Source: Vicugna vicugna
Lineage: Eukaryota
NCBI GenBank assembly: GCA_013265495.1
Contig: MU057700.1
Coordinates: 372,001 to 436,000, forward strand
Reading direction: 5' to 3'
Length of the DNA stretch: 64,000 nt
Part shown: positions 1 to 12,224 of the stretch, piece by piece
Position numbering within the stretch: the stretch's first letter is position 1
Layout: each line of letters begins with the position of its first letter
Notes under the pieces: model-generated
Seen by the model: only the letters and a program-made list of their open reading frames with translations
What the model was told of the DNA's origin: nothing
Database searches by the model: none
Position numbers and translations under genes: made by a program

Positions 1-2382
1 GGAGCCTCCAAGGACAGAGGCTGAGACGCAGGCACATGTGAGCTCCCTGGAGACCCCCGGACAAAGTCCCTTGCCTCAGGTAGCAAGAGGCAGCCTTATG
101 TTCTTCCTCCTCCTGGGCTAGAACCTTCCCAACCCACAGGAATGACCTCCCTCCATGAGGGAAATGACAAGTGCAGAAGAGGACTGGAGTGCAGACGAGA
201 AACATGTCTCATCAAAAAGGATACAGTTTACTCTCTACTGTTTATAAAACTGACATCGATAAATAAAAACACGGACACAAAGTGTTTGCATTTTTATTCA
301 CAAAATTGACAGGCTGCACGGTAAATATGTTTGTGTAGGAAATATTAAAATGGTTTCCTTCTCAAAATACGATTTTTTTCTTAGCTTTAGAACACACTTT
401 CCTTATCTTGCCTGCCCACACTAATTTTGAACTTGAATTGCTCAGTGTCATCTGCAAGGACGCAGGATTATGGTCTCTCCTGGTGTGGTACAGAACTCCT
501 GATGTCACAGTGATTGGCGTAGTCCATGGCCGTGGTTCCCCCCGGCCGTGGTTCCCCCCATGCTGCCTGGCCCAGTTCCCTGACATTGATGTCCCTGAAG
601 CTGCTACAGCGAGATGGCCTCCCTGTCACTGCTCTCCTGCCTGGGCTCCTGCTGAGAGGTCGCGGTTGGCCAGGTCCTGGGATTGAGCACGTCCCAGAAA
701 CATCTGCCAAAATATCTTGTCATTTGACATAGCAATCAAAACCTGGGTTGCACAGGTGAACTGGAAGTTCTTTCAGGGGTTCACAGTGTGTTCCTCTTTA
801 ACTCTGGGGATGAAGCTCATTCTCCCGGCTGTCACACAGCCACTCATCCAGCCTCAGCTGCAGGACACGGCAACATGCTCCAAACTGAAAAATTCTCTAC
901 ATACAGGTTCTGGTTTCTCCTGAGCTCAGCCAAGAATCGTTCATGTGAGTCCCAGCTCCCAGAAGAGATGGGAGGCTCTACAGAATTCTAACAAGGCTGC
1001 CGAGGTTGTTGCCACGGAGAAGGGATGGGGGTGGGGCAGGCACCCTCAGTGGAGGGTGTTTTCTGTAGGTACAGGCCCACCTGGAGGATAAGCACCAAAT
1101 GTGAAGTTCATGCTGAAGGGAGATGCATATTCCCACTGCCGCACTTGCCCTTTCTGACCCAGGGCCCGAGAGGTGAGGATTTCTTAGGCACTTTCTAGAA
1201 CCACCCTACATACTCCCAGCCAACTATTCCACATGTCAACATGCTCCAAGGAGGAGAGGAAACCATTTACTGCTCTGCCTGGGAAAAAATGCTCTAATTG
1301 TAGTGGGGGAAATTATGCCTTCCCACTGAACTGTCTTTTATATATTAAGTATTTGTCCAAGATCTGTTCTCAGACATTATGTTCAACTCTATTTCCAGCC
1401 AAATTAGCTGGATTTGTGGCTAAGGAGTCCTTTATGGGGGCTGGAGGAGAATGTGGTTTTTTTATTTTTTTGGAAAAATAAACCATACACACATACTCCT
1501 AATGGAAGTTCTCTGCTCTGGAAAAAGGGTTTTTCAGTATTTTGGTAGTAGTTTTTCTCAGCATGGTTTTCTAAACATACTGAAGTAAAGGCTGCAGGAA
1601 ACAGCTGACCCAGAAATTATGTTTATTTCCAGTCTCTGTGGTCCACGTTGAAGGAGGAAGCTGAGAACAGACATGGGCACTGAGGGCCAGGACTGGGGCA
1701 GCCCCTGGGTGATGTGTACACGTGCCTGTGTGTGCACGTGCATATGTAGGCACCCAGGACATGACACAGGCCCTCAGTTTCCAATGCACAACTGCAACCA
1801 TAAATCAGATTTCTGTTGGTAATAACTGGCATTTGCCTAATGACCCACCTGCTCCTTACCAGACGTCTAAGAAGGAGCTCAAAGAATTCCTACACAATCT
1901 GACAGGAGGACATAAACGGAAACATTTAGCATCTTAAGCTTCACAGTGGTTCAGGGCAAAATTTCTCCTCCAACTTCTACTGGATTTTCAGTCATGATTA
2001 TGCATTTCACCTTCTCTCTCACAACTGTCCAACTCCAGCTTCAGCAAATAAACAGCAAGCAATTGGCTAGAAGAGCAAAAGTCTGAACTAGGCATTGCTC
2101 GCTGCTTATTTTAGGGGAGCGAGGAATTCCTTGAACGACAGAATTAGCTGAGTTTTAAGTTATTATAAATGTGGCTGTTCGTGTATATATTGTGTAAAAC
2201 AAATCAGTAACACCCCCAAGTGCCTCCTAGTCCTAGGTCACTAGCCCTCCCCAGTGGCCCCCACAGTAGATCCCCTGGTGATATCTTACTCCTTATATTG
2301 AAACTTCAAAATCAGAAATCTGACGTTTCCAACTAGGAAGTTAAAAAGAGAAAAGAAGTTTACACACTTTACGATACATGAT

Positions 2383-2388
2383 TTTATT
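2383..2388 (-). terminator. Polyadenylation signal AATAAA (likely main distal site)
   Basis: Plus-strand tttatt; followed on minus strand by GTGTGT and TTCTTTTCTCTTTTT downstream elements. Confidence 0.65.
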
Positions 2389-3067
2389 TACAGGACTGAA
2401 ATCACTTTCTTAGTCACCTTGATTACAAATTAACACGGTATGGTTTAATAATAACCTTTCATAAATAGATTTAACAAAGTTTAATCAATCACTGACAGAG
2501 TGCTACTTAATACTCAGTAATACTTAACACTCAGTAACTTCTGCATATATGCATATGAAAATTCTGTCTGATAGGACTAATTGATACGAGTACTTTCATA
2601 ACTTAGGAATAGACATTAGATAATGAGTCAAGGGTTAATTCCACTGGGTCAGCCAGTTAGACCTGGAGTTCTCACCCTGCCGAGGACAAACCTGCTGTGG
2701 CCACTCCACTTACCGAGTAGGCATTTTTGAGTTTATTCCTACTTCCGCATTTAACAAGACTATCTTTAAGCACATCTGAAACCCCAAAGTTTACTGCAAC
2801 TAGATAGTTGTAAAAGAACTTATCACAGTGTATCTGGACAATGGCCCAAATATAAACCTAAGCCACGCTGCATCTGCAGTAAGTGTTTTTCCAGAGCTTT
2901 CCCCGGCTGTGTGTGCACAGACTCCACCCCTCCCCAACCCTCCCCGCCCCATGAGGCTCCTCCACATACTCATCCAAACCTTCCTGGCCACAAAAATGCC
3001 CTAATTTTACTGCTTTTGTGAAATGCCTATAAAGTACAGTATTTTCAGGAGATGACCGTAAGTCCGC

Positions 3068-3207
3068 TCACAGTGCTTTAAGTCTGAAGACCAGGCAGTG
3101 TTTTGGTAACCGACCCTCTCCTGCAAGGTTACAGCGCTGAGACAGAAAGAAGAGCCGCTGGGACTTCCCGAAAGCCACCCCCGCAGGATGGGAGGAGCGG
3201 TGAGTGC
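3068..3207 (-). CDS. RET: Putative RET43-like alternative terminal exon (exon 21 ortholog)
   Basis: Pyrimidine-rich acceptor ...cttcactgcttgtttgtggtcacag, phase matches exon 19; (G)THRSSHPAGVAFGKSQRLFFLSQRCNLAGEGRLPKHCLVFRLKAL* resembles recalled human RET43 tail; expression unknown. Confidence 0.5.
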
Positions 3208-3986
3208 CTGTGACCACAAACAAGCAGTGAAGAATGACAAGAAGCTTATGAGTCATGGTCAGAACGTAAGAAACAAAAATGTCGGGCTGTAGCAGCTTTC
3301 AGTGACAAACACAGGAAAAGTGAAGACATGTACCTTCTCACACAAGCTCTATGAGAGCCAAGACATTGTCTTTTCCACATCAGAACTGTAATCAGAGGTG
3401 TAGTGGCCCTTGCTTATTGTTGAGGCTACTTTGAATGTAACTAGCTGAACTGTCCCTTTTAAACTGAGCACAAGTCCCACCCACTAGCATGTGAGATGGG
3501 CCACCACCGCCTTTTGGTGCTGGATGTGTGTGTGGTGGTGGGAGTGGGATTCACAGCAGGGAAGTCTCTGCTGTCAGCAACCCTTGCACAGGAGGCACTC
3601 CCCTTGGACGCCCTTTTCCTCCGTACCTTTCTCTGTTGGGGGTGGGGGAGCGATCCCTCAGCAACGGGGACAGATGTGTCTTGAGAGCCCCCTTTCCTCA
3701 CCCCGCCTGTTGACACAGCAAATACGGCAACACATCTCTCCATTGTGCTAAGTCTAAGAATCATTTTGATCATGATAAAAAAATCATACATCTTCCTAAG
3801 AAAAGGTAACACGATTTAAAAAAAAAAATTCTCAGGATCTCAAATGCTGAGCAGAGTCCTGTCCCGAGGTCCCCTCTTTCCCTCCAGCCCTGGCTGGGCA
3901 TTGACATCATGACAAGGCCTGGCCGAGCTCTCGTTCTGAACAGAGATGTATCATCTGGGCCAGATCTTGTGTTTTCCTGCTGCCTT

Positions 3987-4014
3987 TGTGTGTGTGTGTG
4001 TATGTGTGTGTGTG
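3987..4014. repeat. (TG)n microsatellite in 3'UTR
   Basis: tgtgtgtgtgtgtgtatgtgtgtgtgtg. Confidence 0.9.
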
Positions 4015-4250
4015 CTTCATGTTTAAACTGTGTTGCCTCATTGGGTGGCAACCAGAAAAATCCAACAGTTCAGGTAGTGAGTGAGGAACCCACACGTGTG
4101 AGCACGGAGTGTGTGGGGGTCCCAGTGCGCTACGTCTGCTGGGAGGGAAAATCACCAGCCAGTGTGAAATGCACAAGGAGGGGCCGGCAGCCTTTCCGTT
4201 CTTGGCATGTTTCTCCCCCTTGTGAGTCCATTACCTTTCCCAAAGAAATG

Positions 4251-4408
4251 TTAACTATCAAACGCGTCCATTAATTGTGCCGCTGAGGGTGAAACCATCC
4301 AGTTAGCATATACACTATCATTTGCATATCTTGGACACCCAGTGTTAGTGCCATCGGCTCTCGTGGGTGGTACAGGACTCTCTTCAGGCCAGTTCGGGTC
4401 TGACATGC
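4251..4408 (-). CDS. RET: RET exon 20 CDS, RET51-specific tail
   Basis: (G)[51 protein letters not shown]; tttttag acceptor; Y1096 YANW motif. Confidence 0.98.
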
Positions 4409-5652
4409 CTAAAAATGAAAACAGATCATTTGTTCTGCACTGAAGAACCAAAACTTCATGTGCAGACAGTAAGGCCTTGGCAAAACTCCCTTTGAGGTTC
4501 AAACCAAACTTCTGATTTCTGTGCCAATTGCCTGAAGGGTTTCGTGCTCCAGGTTTCCAAAACATTGGTATATCTAGGGGGAAATATCACGTGCTCTCTT
4601 GGTAACTGCAACTTAACAGAAACTATCAATTTTGACTTTTATAAGCTTCAGACTCGCAAATCTGATTTATATTTGTGGATTGGTTTAACTCTTTTTCTAA
4701 GGCAGCTTAAAGCATCCGCACCTTGCTGTACTACTGCAGCAGGAAGCTTCTATCAAAAGTTCTCTAACGGAAAGGAGCCTGCTTGTCTTCCATCCAAGCC
4801 TACCACGGAGGAGAGGGTCTTCAAATCAAGGGTGCACTCAGGCGAGTCCCACAGCGTCGACGGGACAAATGGCAAGTAGCACTAGCCAGCAAGGATTCAG
4901 TGACTCAGGAGGCATGCAAAAGGAACAATCTCAGCTGAAAAAAATGCTTGAAACTCCAAGATTTCCAAACAATCAGTGATGACGTTAGGAAACAGCAAAA
5001 AATTTCGAGTATTGAATCGAAGACGAAAGAAGGAGTTTTGGCAAGAACCATATTTACTGTCCATTGCAAGACCACAGCACCACAGACCACGTTCTTTCAA
5101 AAAGCGCTTTGCTCCAGCTTTTAGCACTGACTTTATAAGTGACAACTGTCATGACAGCGTGTGATGCAAAGGATGTGAAAACAGCCGTCTGCATGTGTCC
5201 TCCCCGGTGGTGGTCCCCAGCACCGGGTGACCTCCAAGAGCCACGGCCTGCCCAGACAGGGCCTGGAGGGGACCACTGGCTGCTCCTCCTTTCTAAATGA
5301 AATGCCTCCCCAGATCATGTAAATTTCTCTCAGTAGTTAAATTAGAAGTACTATGACTATGACCCACCCCAGAAATGACTTATTGTTTTCCCAATATCCC
5401 CTGAGAATTCTGCCCCACTTTTTCTTCTTTGTCATCTTAAATTGCTGGGCAGTCTGGTGATTACACATATTTTCACATCCTTTAAAAAAAAAACACACAC
5501 ACACAGTTGTAAAAATGCCTGAATGTAAACGGATGCAAAGTCAGACATTTACAAACAGAAAGGTTCAGAGCAGACTTTGGTTTCATTCAGACCAGAAACA
5601 CTCTTAAAAAGCATTACAGAGAGTAAGGACAGCGCAGAGAGGAACAGTGTGG

Positions 5653-5684
5653 CTAGAACCTAGTAAAGGCATGTGAAATTCTAC
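5653..5684 (-). CDS. RET: RET9-specific tail by read-through into intron 19: (G)RISHAFTRF*
   Basis: GGT AGA ATT TCA CAT GCC TTT ACT AGG TTC TAG, identical to the known RET9 tail peptide. Confidence 0.97.
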
Positions 5685-5829
5685 CATAGAGTTTGTTTTC
5701 GATCCACGTGGAGGGGAGGGCTCGAGGGAGGGGAGCGCTACTACAGTCCACCAGGGGCATCTCCTCCTCCGAGAGGTCGTCATACAGCAGGGAGCCGGAT
5801 GGGGTGGGTGCGGCCAGGTCCAGGTAGTC
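5685..5829 (-). CDS. RET: RET exon 19 common part (Y1015, Y1062), 145 nt
   Basis: Manual translation [48 protein letters not shown]; cag acceptor, G|GTAGAA donor. Confidence 0.97.
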
Positions 5830-7141
5830 CTGGAAGGGAGAGGTGGCTGGTCACCCCTGGCGCGGGCCTCTACCGGACATGCCCCGGCCCTCCCCGCATC
5901 AGAGGGGAGCCCTGGCCGAGTCGCACCCCAAGCCTACTGGCCGCTCCGTGGGACCTGAGCCCCTTGCCGATTGCCAGCCCTGAGCTCCCCCACACCTGGC
6001 CATGCTCTGTGGTCCCCACTGCTCCCCACTGGAAAGCCACCTCCCTGGGGGCAGAAATGGGTTCCTACTAGCCGAGTCCTCTCCCTGCAGCACTGGGGGC
6101 ACCAGGTCCAGCACTGGCAAACTGGCCTGTTTACAAAACCCGAGGCTCTGGGAGAGCTCGCTGCAGTCCCATGACTCAGATAGGAATGCCAAGAAGTATC
6201 TCAATCTGCCGAATTCTTTCCAGCTTTCCTCCAGGCACTCCTGCCATTTAGAACATCACTTCAGGACTCAGAAATCTGAAGTCACGGATGAGGGTTTTGC
6301 ACAGGATGCTGCTATAAGCTTCAGCTCCCAAGTATGACAATTCTGGAGTACCTGCTATTCCCACGGCCCTGGTTAAATGTGTCGTGAACGGTTGAAGCAT
6401 TTTTTTCTGGCTGCTTCTCAGCACTGTTTTAGGAAGGCCGTCTCAGCCTCAGCTATCACTTTTGTTTAGGACAACCCTGCACTCATAGGATTCGGAGGCT
6501 TCCACCAAGTGATACACTGATGTTAGGTTTTATTACAAGTCGCCTCGTCCATGCATCTTGCTTTTTGTGTTGGTAGAAATGACAACTTTTAGTAAATGTC
6601 TCAGTGCAAGGATGAACTGCGAGGGCAAGGTCTGGGCCTGCTTTGTTTATGTGTATCCCCAGCATCTAAGGCGGAACACGGTACACAGCAATGGCTCAAG
6701 TAATATTAGTTGGAACTTTGCCGACTTCTCAATTACCCAGAGTATAACCTGGAGGCCCAGGGATATGTTTTGTTTGGCCCACGCTGAGCTTTTGGAAATT
6801 TAAATGAATTGCTAACATTAAAAACTTGGAAACTTAATATAAATATCCCATAAAACTCAGAGGAACTGACCCACTGGCACTCATATTCTTATAGGTTACG
6901 TGTGCCTACGGTGAGGGGTCCTTTCGAGGCGGCTGGTGGGCTCCCATCTGTCAGAATCTTCACTGCTCCCTAGTCTCCCCGCTCCCTGCACTCCCGGCTG
7001 GGCCCCTCAGAGCATCTGACTTCCAACTAAGTTCTCATGTTCTGTTAATGAAAATGATTCTGTTTGGCTTTGGAACATTTTCCTCCCACCCCTGCCTGTG
7101 GAGGGCTCTCAAGGTAAAAATCTTGGTTTCCTCATGATTTA

Positions 7142-7471
<330 letters not shown>

Positions 7472-8429
7472 TCATGGCCACCACACCCAGAGAGTGCCCT
7501 GGGCCAGGGGGCTCTGTTCCCCATCCCCAAAGCTGTTTCTGTGTCACTGACATCCTTCTTTGAGCGGGGCCAGGGTTTGAAGGGTCATCAGGGGCTCACA
7601 GTATCTGGCCCTGGCGTCCAGCTGTGCCTGCTACGGTGGCTAAGGCAGAAATGCCAGTCTTTAAAACTCTTATGAAGGATGAGCTGGGTATAAACACAAA
7701 CACACCTGCCAATCACACCTGTGTCTCACCCCTTCCTCTCTTTCCTGGGGACCTGGCATGGCTGCAGGGCTTCCAGGACTACCACGTGGGTGTGAGCTGC
7801 CAGTCCAGGCCACCCGGGGAGGTGGCACCTACTCACCCTTGTGCTCCCCCATCTAGCCCCGAGCCGGGCACGTGGCAGGTGCACAATAGACTTTGTGGAA
7901 TGAATGGACCAGTGTGCCTCTGTCTGTGGATGACCCCTTCTCATGTGTTCTCAACTGTCCTCCGAGAATTATCTGATGGAACCATATCACCAGATGAGAA
8001 GATTCTGGTGCCCTTGGGCTGAAGTCCAGGCCCCCCCAGCCTGCCCTTTGCCCGCCTTTGTGCCTCCTCTTGGGCACTCTCCTATAGGCACCCCTGGGTC
8101 CATTCTGAATCACCTGCCCCTCCCCAAGCATCCTGGGATAGGTCTCTGGCCTTGGGCTCAAGGACTGAAGCACCCTTTCATCCTTTCCCACTATCTCTCC
8201 CCAGGTCCTGTTCCCCTTCATCTTTGTAAGTCCCTCTAGGAAGCCCACCCATCCCCCAGCAGTGTTGGGGTCCCCAACATCTGTCCTTATGTCCAAAGGT
8301 GGTTCTCTGACTTCTGCCCCGTCACGCTCTGCCTGTCACTACTGGCACCCAGGGCTACTGAGGGGCAGGAGGGAATGACTGTGTGTGTCTGTGTCTGAGG
8401 GAGGCTGGGCCAAAGCAAAGCCTGCTCAC

Positions 8430-8567
8430 ATCTCCTCACTGCAGTTGTCTGGCCTCTCCATCCGGTAGCCTGTCTTCAGAAGGTTGAAGAGCCGCTCTGG
8501 AGGAATCCCAGGGTAGGGGTTGCCCCCTAGGGTCACAATCTCCCACAGCAGGACACCGAAGGACCAC
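8430..8567 (-). CDS. RET: RET exon 17, 138 nt
   Basis: [45 protein letters not shown]; cag / GTGAGC. Confidence 0.99.
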
Positions 8568-9860
8568 CTGTGGAGAGCAAGAGGACCAGTGAGTGGCTGC
8601 ACTGGGTCTGCGGCACCCTCTGTGCAGCCCGGACTCCCGTCCCTCCAGCAGCTTCTGACCCAGAGTCCCCAGGACAAGGAGTGGCCTGAGTGCTCACAGT
8701 TTCTGCCTGGGCCGACTGCACAGATGGATGAGGGATAGAGGTGGGGGTGAGCCGTCCTCACCTCTGCCAAGCTCAGCCTCCACACCCAAAAGGGACAGCA
8801 GCTGGCCCCTGAGGTGATGCTCTGACGCATCAGACATGGCATAGAGAGGCCAAGCAAGTACAGCAAACACGAGGCGGAACCTAGGCCCCAGGGCACGGGG
8901 CTCCCTGCACAATTCCTCCACCTTTTCTGTGTGCTTGGAAATGTTCATAAGATCTTAGAAGAAAAAAAAAAGCACCGCTATAGAAAAACACTTAACTGTG
9001 AGGGAAAATTTACTATGAGGTGGGAGCAAAATCATATCACAAAACAGCATTATCACACGTATGGGAATAAAAAGCATATTCTTGTACAGCACGGAAAACA
9101 CCAGAAGGCCGCGCCTGTGAGGGCCAGCAGTAGGTGTTTAGGGGTGGTGGGATCCAAATGACTTTTCGTCTCTTCATTATGCTTTCATCTGCGTTTTCCA
9201 ATTGTTTTACAGTCCACTTTGTACTCAGAACACAGTTGTTGAAACAGTTTGAGAACTAACTGCCTTTTCACAGCCCACATTATCCAAAGTATGCATGCCT
9301 GTTCAGAGCCGAACACTTGGAACAAGTCTGTTGTATTTTTGAAGACTATCAAGAATGCAATTGGACCTGGAAGACTGAGTTTTGGTTCCCATCTTGCAGC
9401 AATTGGGGGCGCACAAGCCTAGAAACTTACTTACTGAAGGCCATCCCTGCCTGTTGGGCAGGGACCAGTCCCGGGGGACCTGCCTGAGCCCAGCCATGCT
9501 CAGGCCCATAGGAGGGGGACTGCTTGGCTGGGCCTGTGTGCCACTAGGATGCCCGGAGAGGAGAGGAGAGGAGAGGGAAGGGGAAGGGAGGGGCGGGGAG
9601 CAAGACAGGGGAGGTGAGCCGGGTTTGCAGCCGCAGCTCACTGCCCTCCTGCATTCCACCTCGGCCTTCAGAACTACTGCCTGGGCCCTCGCCATTTGCT
9701 GAGTGAACACACAAAGCCTCAGCTTGGGCCACTGCGGGTGGTTGGCATGAGCTGACAGGCACTCAGGGCCAGTGCTGTTCCCCAGCCGAGCTGCCCAGAC
9801 AGGCGGCATGGCCCCCTACACGTGTAATCTCCACCCCAGGAAGTCAACACCTGGACTCAC

Positions 9861-9931
9861 ACATCACTCTGAGTGGTGTAGATATGATCGAAAAGGGACT
9901 CGATGGCCATCCATTTGACTGGGATCCGACC
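9861..9931 (-). CDS. RET: RET exon 16, 71 nt
   Basis: GRIPVKWMAIESLFDHIYTTQSD read manually; tag / GTGAGT; M918 equivalent intact. Confidence 0.98.
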
Positions 9932-11803
9932 CTAAAGAGGGAGCGAGAGAAAGGCATTAATGCCACTCTGACATCTTGGGGTGAGGGGTGGGGGAGGGTG
10001 GGGCCGTGTCCCAGATGCTTCCAGCTCTGAAGCGGGGCTGAGAAATTGTATCCAGCATGTTCCTGGCAGCACAGCCTCGCAGGGGCTAGAGCTCCAGCCT
10101 GGCCCTCCCAGGCCTGGTTGAGATGCTGTAGGGAGTCAGCTGGCCTGCCCACAGCTACACAAGGTGTGCCGGTCACGCACCACATCCCTGGTGAGAAGAA
10201 ACCCAAGGAACTGATAACTGAGTGCAAGCCAGGTCCCCCTGTGGCTGAGTCCGGGGAGCACTGGGGTACCCTGGGTGGTGCTGCCCAGTGGGTGGGCCAA
10301 GAACACCATCCAGCAAGATGTTTTCCCAGTTTGGGAAACCAACATCCAGCCTTTCCGTCCTGGGGACTTCTGATGCAAACGAACACACTAAAGGCTCTTC
10401 TGAGAAGCTCAGAGGGGAGACGATCTGTGTATGTGCCTTGAGGCTAGTTTTTCCCTCTTATTTTATCCCAGGGCCCTTTTAGCACCTTCTGAAAGGGTGC
10501 CTCTCCCTCCCCCCATCCCACCAAGGAGGTGCTGGGATCAGACCTAACAAATCCTCTCTAATCCAACTCGAGAACTAGCTTTCCAGTACAAGTAGGTCAA
10601 TCTGAAGGCCGAATCAATAATAAAGGCCGTGCATTGGATTTTAATGCAACTTTTACTGTAATTCCTTTTTGTTTAAAGTACTCTTTAGGATTTACGCCCT
10701 TGCTGAAGATGAAGCGTGACTGTTTGGGGGAATGTGTGCTTGTAACAACGCCGCCTGCACCCTGTGCTCTCGGGAGCCGTGCTTGTGCTTCTCCATCAGT
10801 GACACGGGGCCTTCTTGAGGACAAGGGCGTCAACAGGAAGACTCCGTCCACCCCCTCCACGGGGCGGGGAGCAGCCGCTCCCCACTTCCCCCTCAGTAGT
10901 TCTGAGATACGCTGTCACAACGGAAACCCCAGAAAAAATGAAACATCCTCACAGCCCTTGGCAGCACTAAGGCTCCTCAGGTGTATGCCGTTGCTTTTTT
11001 TGTTTTTCTCTTTGAGCAACATCTGTTCTGAACGTCAGATTAGCTGTGTCTCTTGAAGGGGCCCATGAGCTGGCTCTGTCTCATCTGTCACAGTGAGGCT
11101 GCAGGAGAGGGGCTGAGGGGGCAACAGTACTAACAGGGTCTAGACCGGTGCCCCAGGGAGCTGGATGACGCCAGGGGACCAGGTATCCTGAGATGGGCCC
11201 TAATCACCTATTTCAGAGACTTGAGAAAAAAGGCTTCTGAAATCCTTACGCTGCAACTCTGGAACCCCGTCTCCATGGCCTCTCTGTGCACCTTCTAAAC
11301 TCACTTCGCCAGGAAGTCCCAGGTCTCTGTCCCAGCAGAAACCCCACCTGTGAAGTGGTTCGTTCTCTTCTGCAAAGAATGACTACAGAGCTCGGGTGAA
11401 TTTCACTTCACTCTGCTCTGAGCAAAGGGCTAATGTTCCACAGAAAGGAAACAGTGACCTCCACTCTGCAGAAGCCAGAGAAACAACTGTGGGGAAGACT
11501 TATTTCTGCAGCGTTAGGTGACCTTCAAAAGTGATAGCCATGAAAAGCAAGAGATGCTGCCAGGCCCCAGCTCCCCGGAGGGCAGCTCTGAAAGGGCGCC
11601 GGTGGCACTGAGGAAGAGAAGGAACAACGAGGTATTCAGGACTGGGGAAGGGTTCGGGGATGAGGGCTGGAAGGTTAGACTCTAAAAATCTGCTTTATCT
11701 CCTCCAGGTGTTCTAAGGGCTCTGCCTTCACCCTGTGGGCACCCCGACTGCTGCCCCCACCCAGCCCTGGAGCCCCAGGCCGCCACACCCCACGACCTGG
11801 TAC

Positions 11804-11926
11804 CTTGCTCCTCTTCACGTAGGAATCCTCTTCATAAACATCTCGGGACAGACCAAAATCCGAGATCTTCATCCTGCGCCCTTCGGCTACCAGGACATTT
11901 CTGGCCGCCAAGTCCCGATGGACGAG
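11804..11926 (-). CDS. RET: RET exon 15 (catalytic and activation loop), 123 nt
   Basis: [41 protein letters not shown]; cag / GTACCA. Confidence 0.99.
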
Positions 11927-12009
11927 CTGCGAGGAAGACAACAGCAGGGATCCCTGAAACCCCGGCCCATCGCAGGCAGTTGGAGGGGCCAGGCTGGGGC
12001 AGCACACAC

Positions 12010-12224
12010 CTTCATCTCGGCCAGGTACTGCATCCCCCGCGAGATCTGCCAGGCGAAGGAGATGAGGTCGCCCATGGTCAGGGCCCGCTCCTCCGGGTTG
12101 TCCAGGTAGCTGGAGCTGCGGTTGTCTCCGCTGCCCATGTAGCCGGGCCCTGCCTTGCGGCTTTCTCGGAGGAAGCCCCGCAGGGAGCCGTACTTGGCGT
12201 ACTCCACGATGAGGAGGAGCGGCC
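12010..12224 (-). CDS. RET: RET exon 14 (hinge, kinase insert), 215 nt
   Basis: [23 protein letters not shown]...GMQYLAEMK; cag / GTGTGT. Confidence 0.98.

Larger units (their letters stand above)
2383..4250 (-). other. RET: RET51 3'UTR (approximate)
   Basis: AT-rich sequence with no interspersed repeat noticed between the RET51 stop and an AATAAA. Confidence 0.7.

Noticed and set aside
362..2300. Short ORFs downstream of RET as a possible neighbouring gene
   Set aside because: No recognisable protein or exon structure; looks like 3' flank
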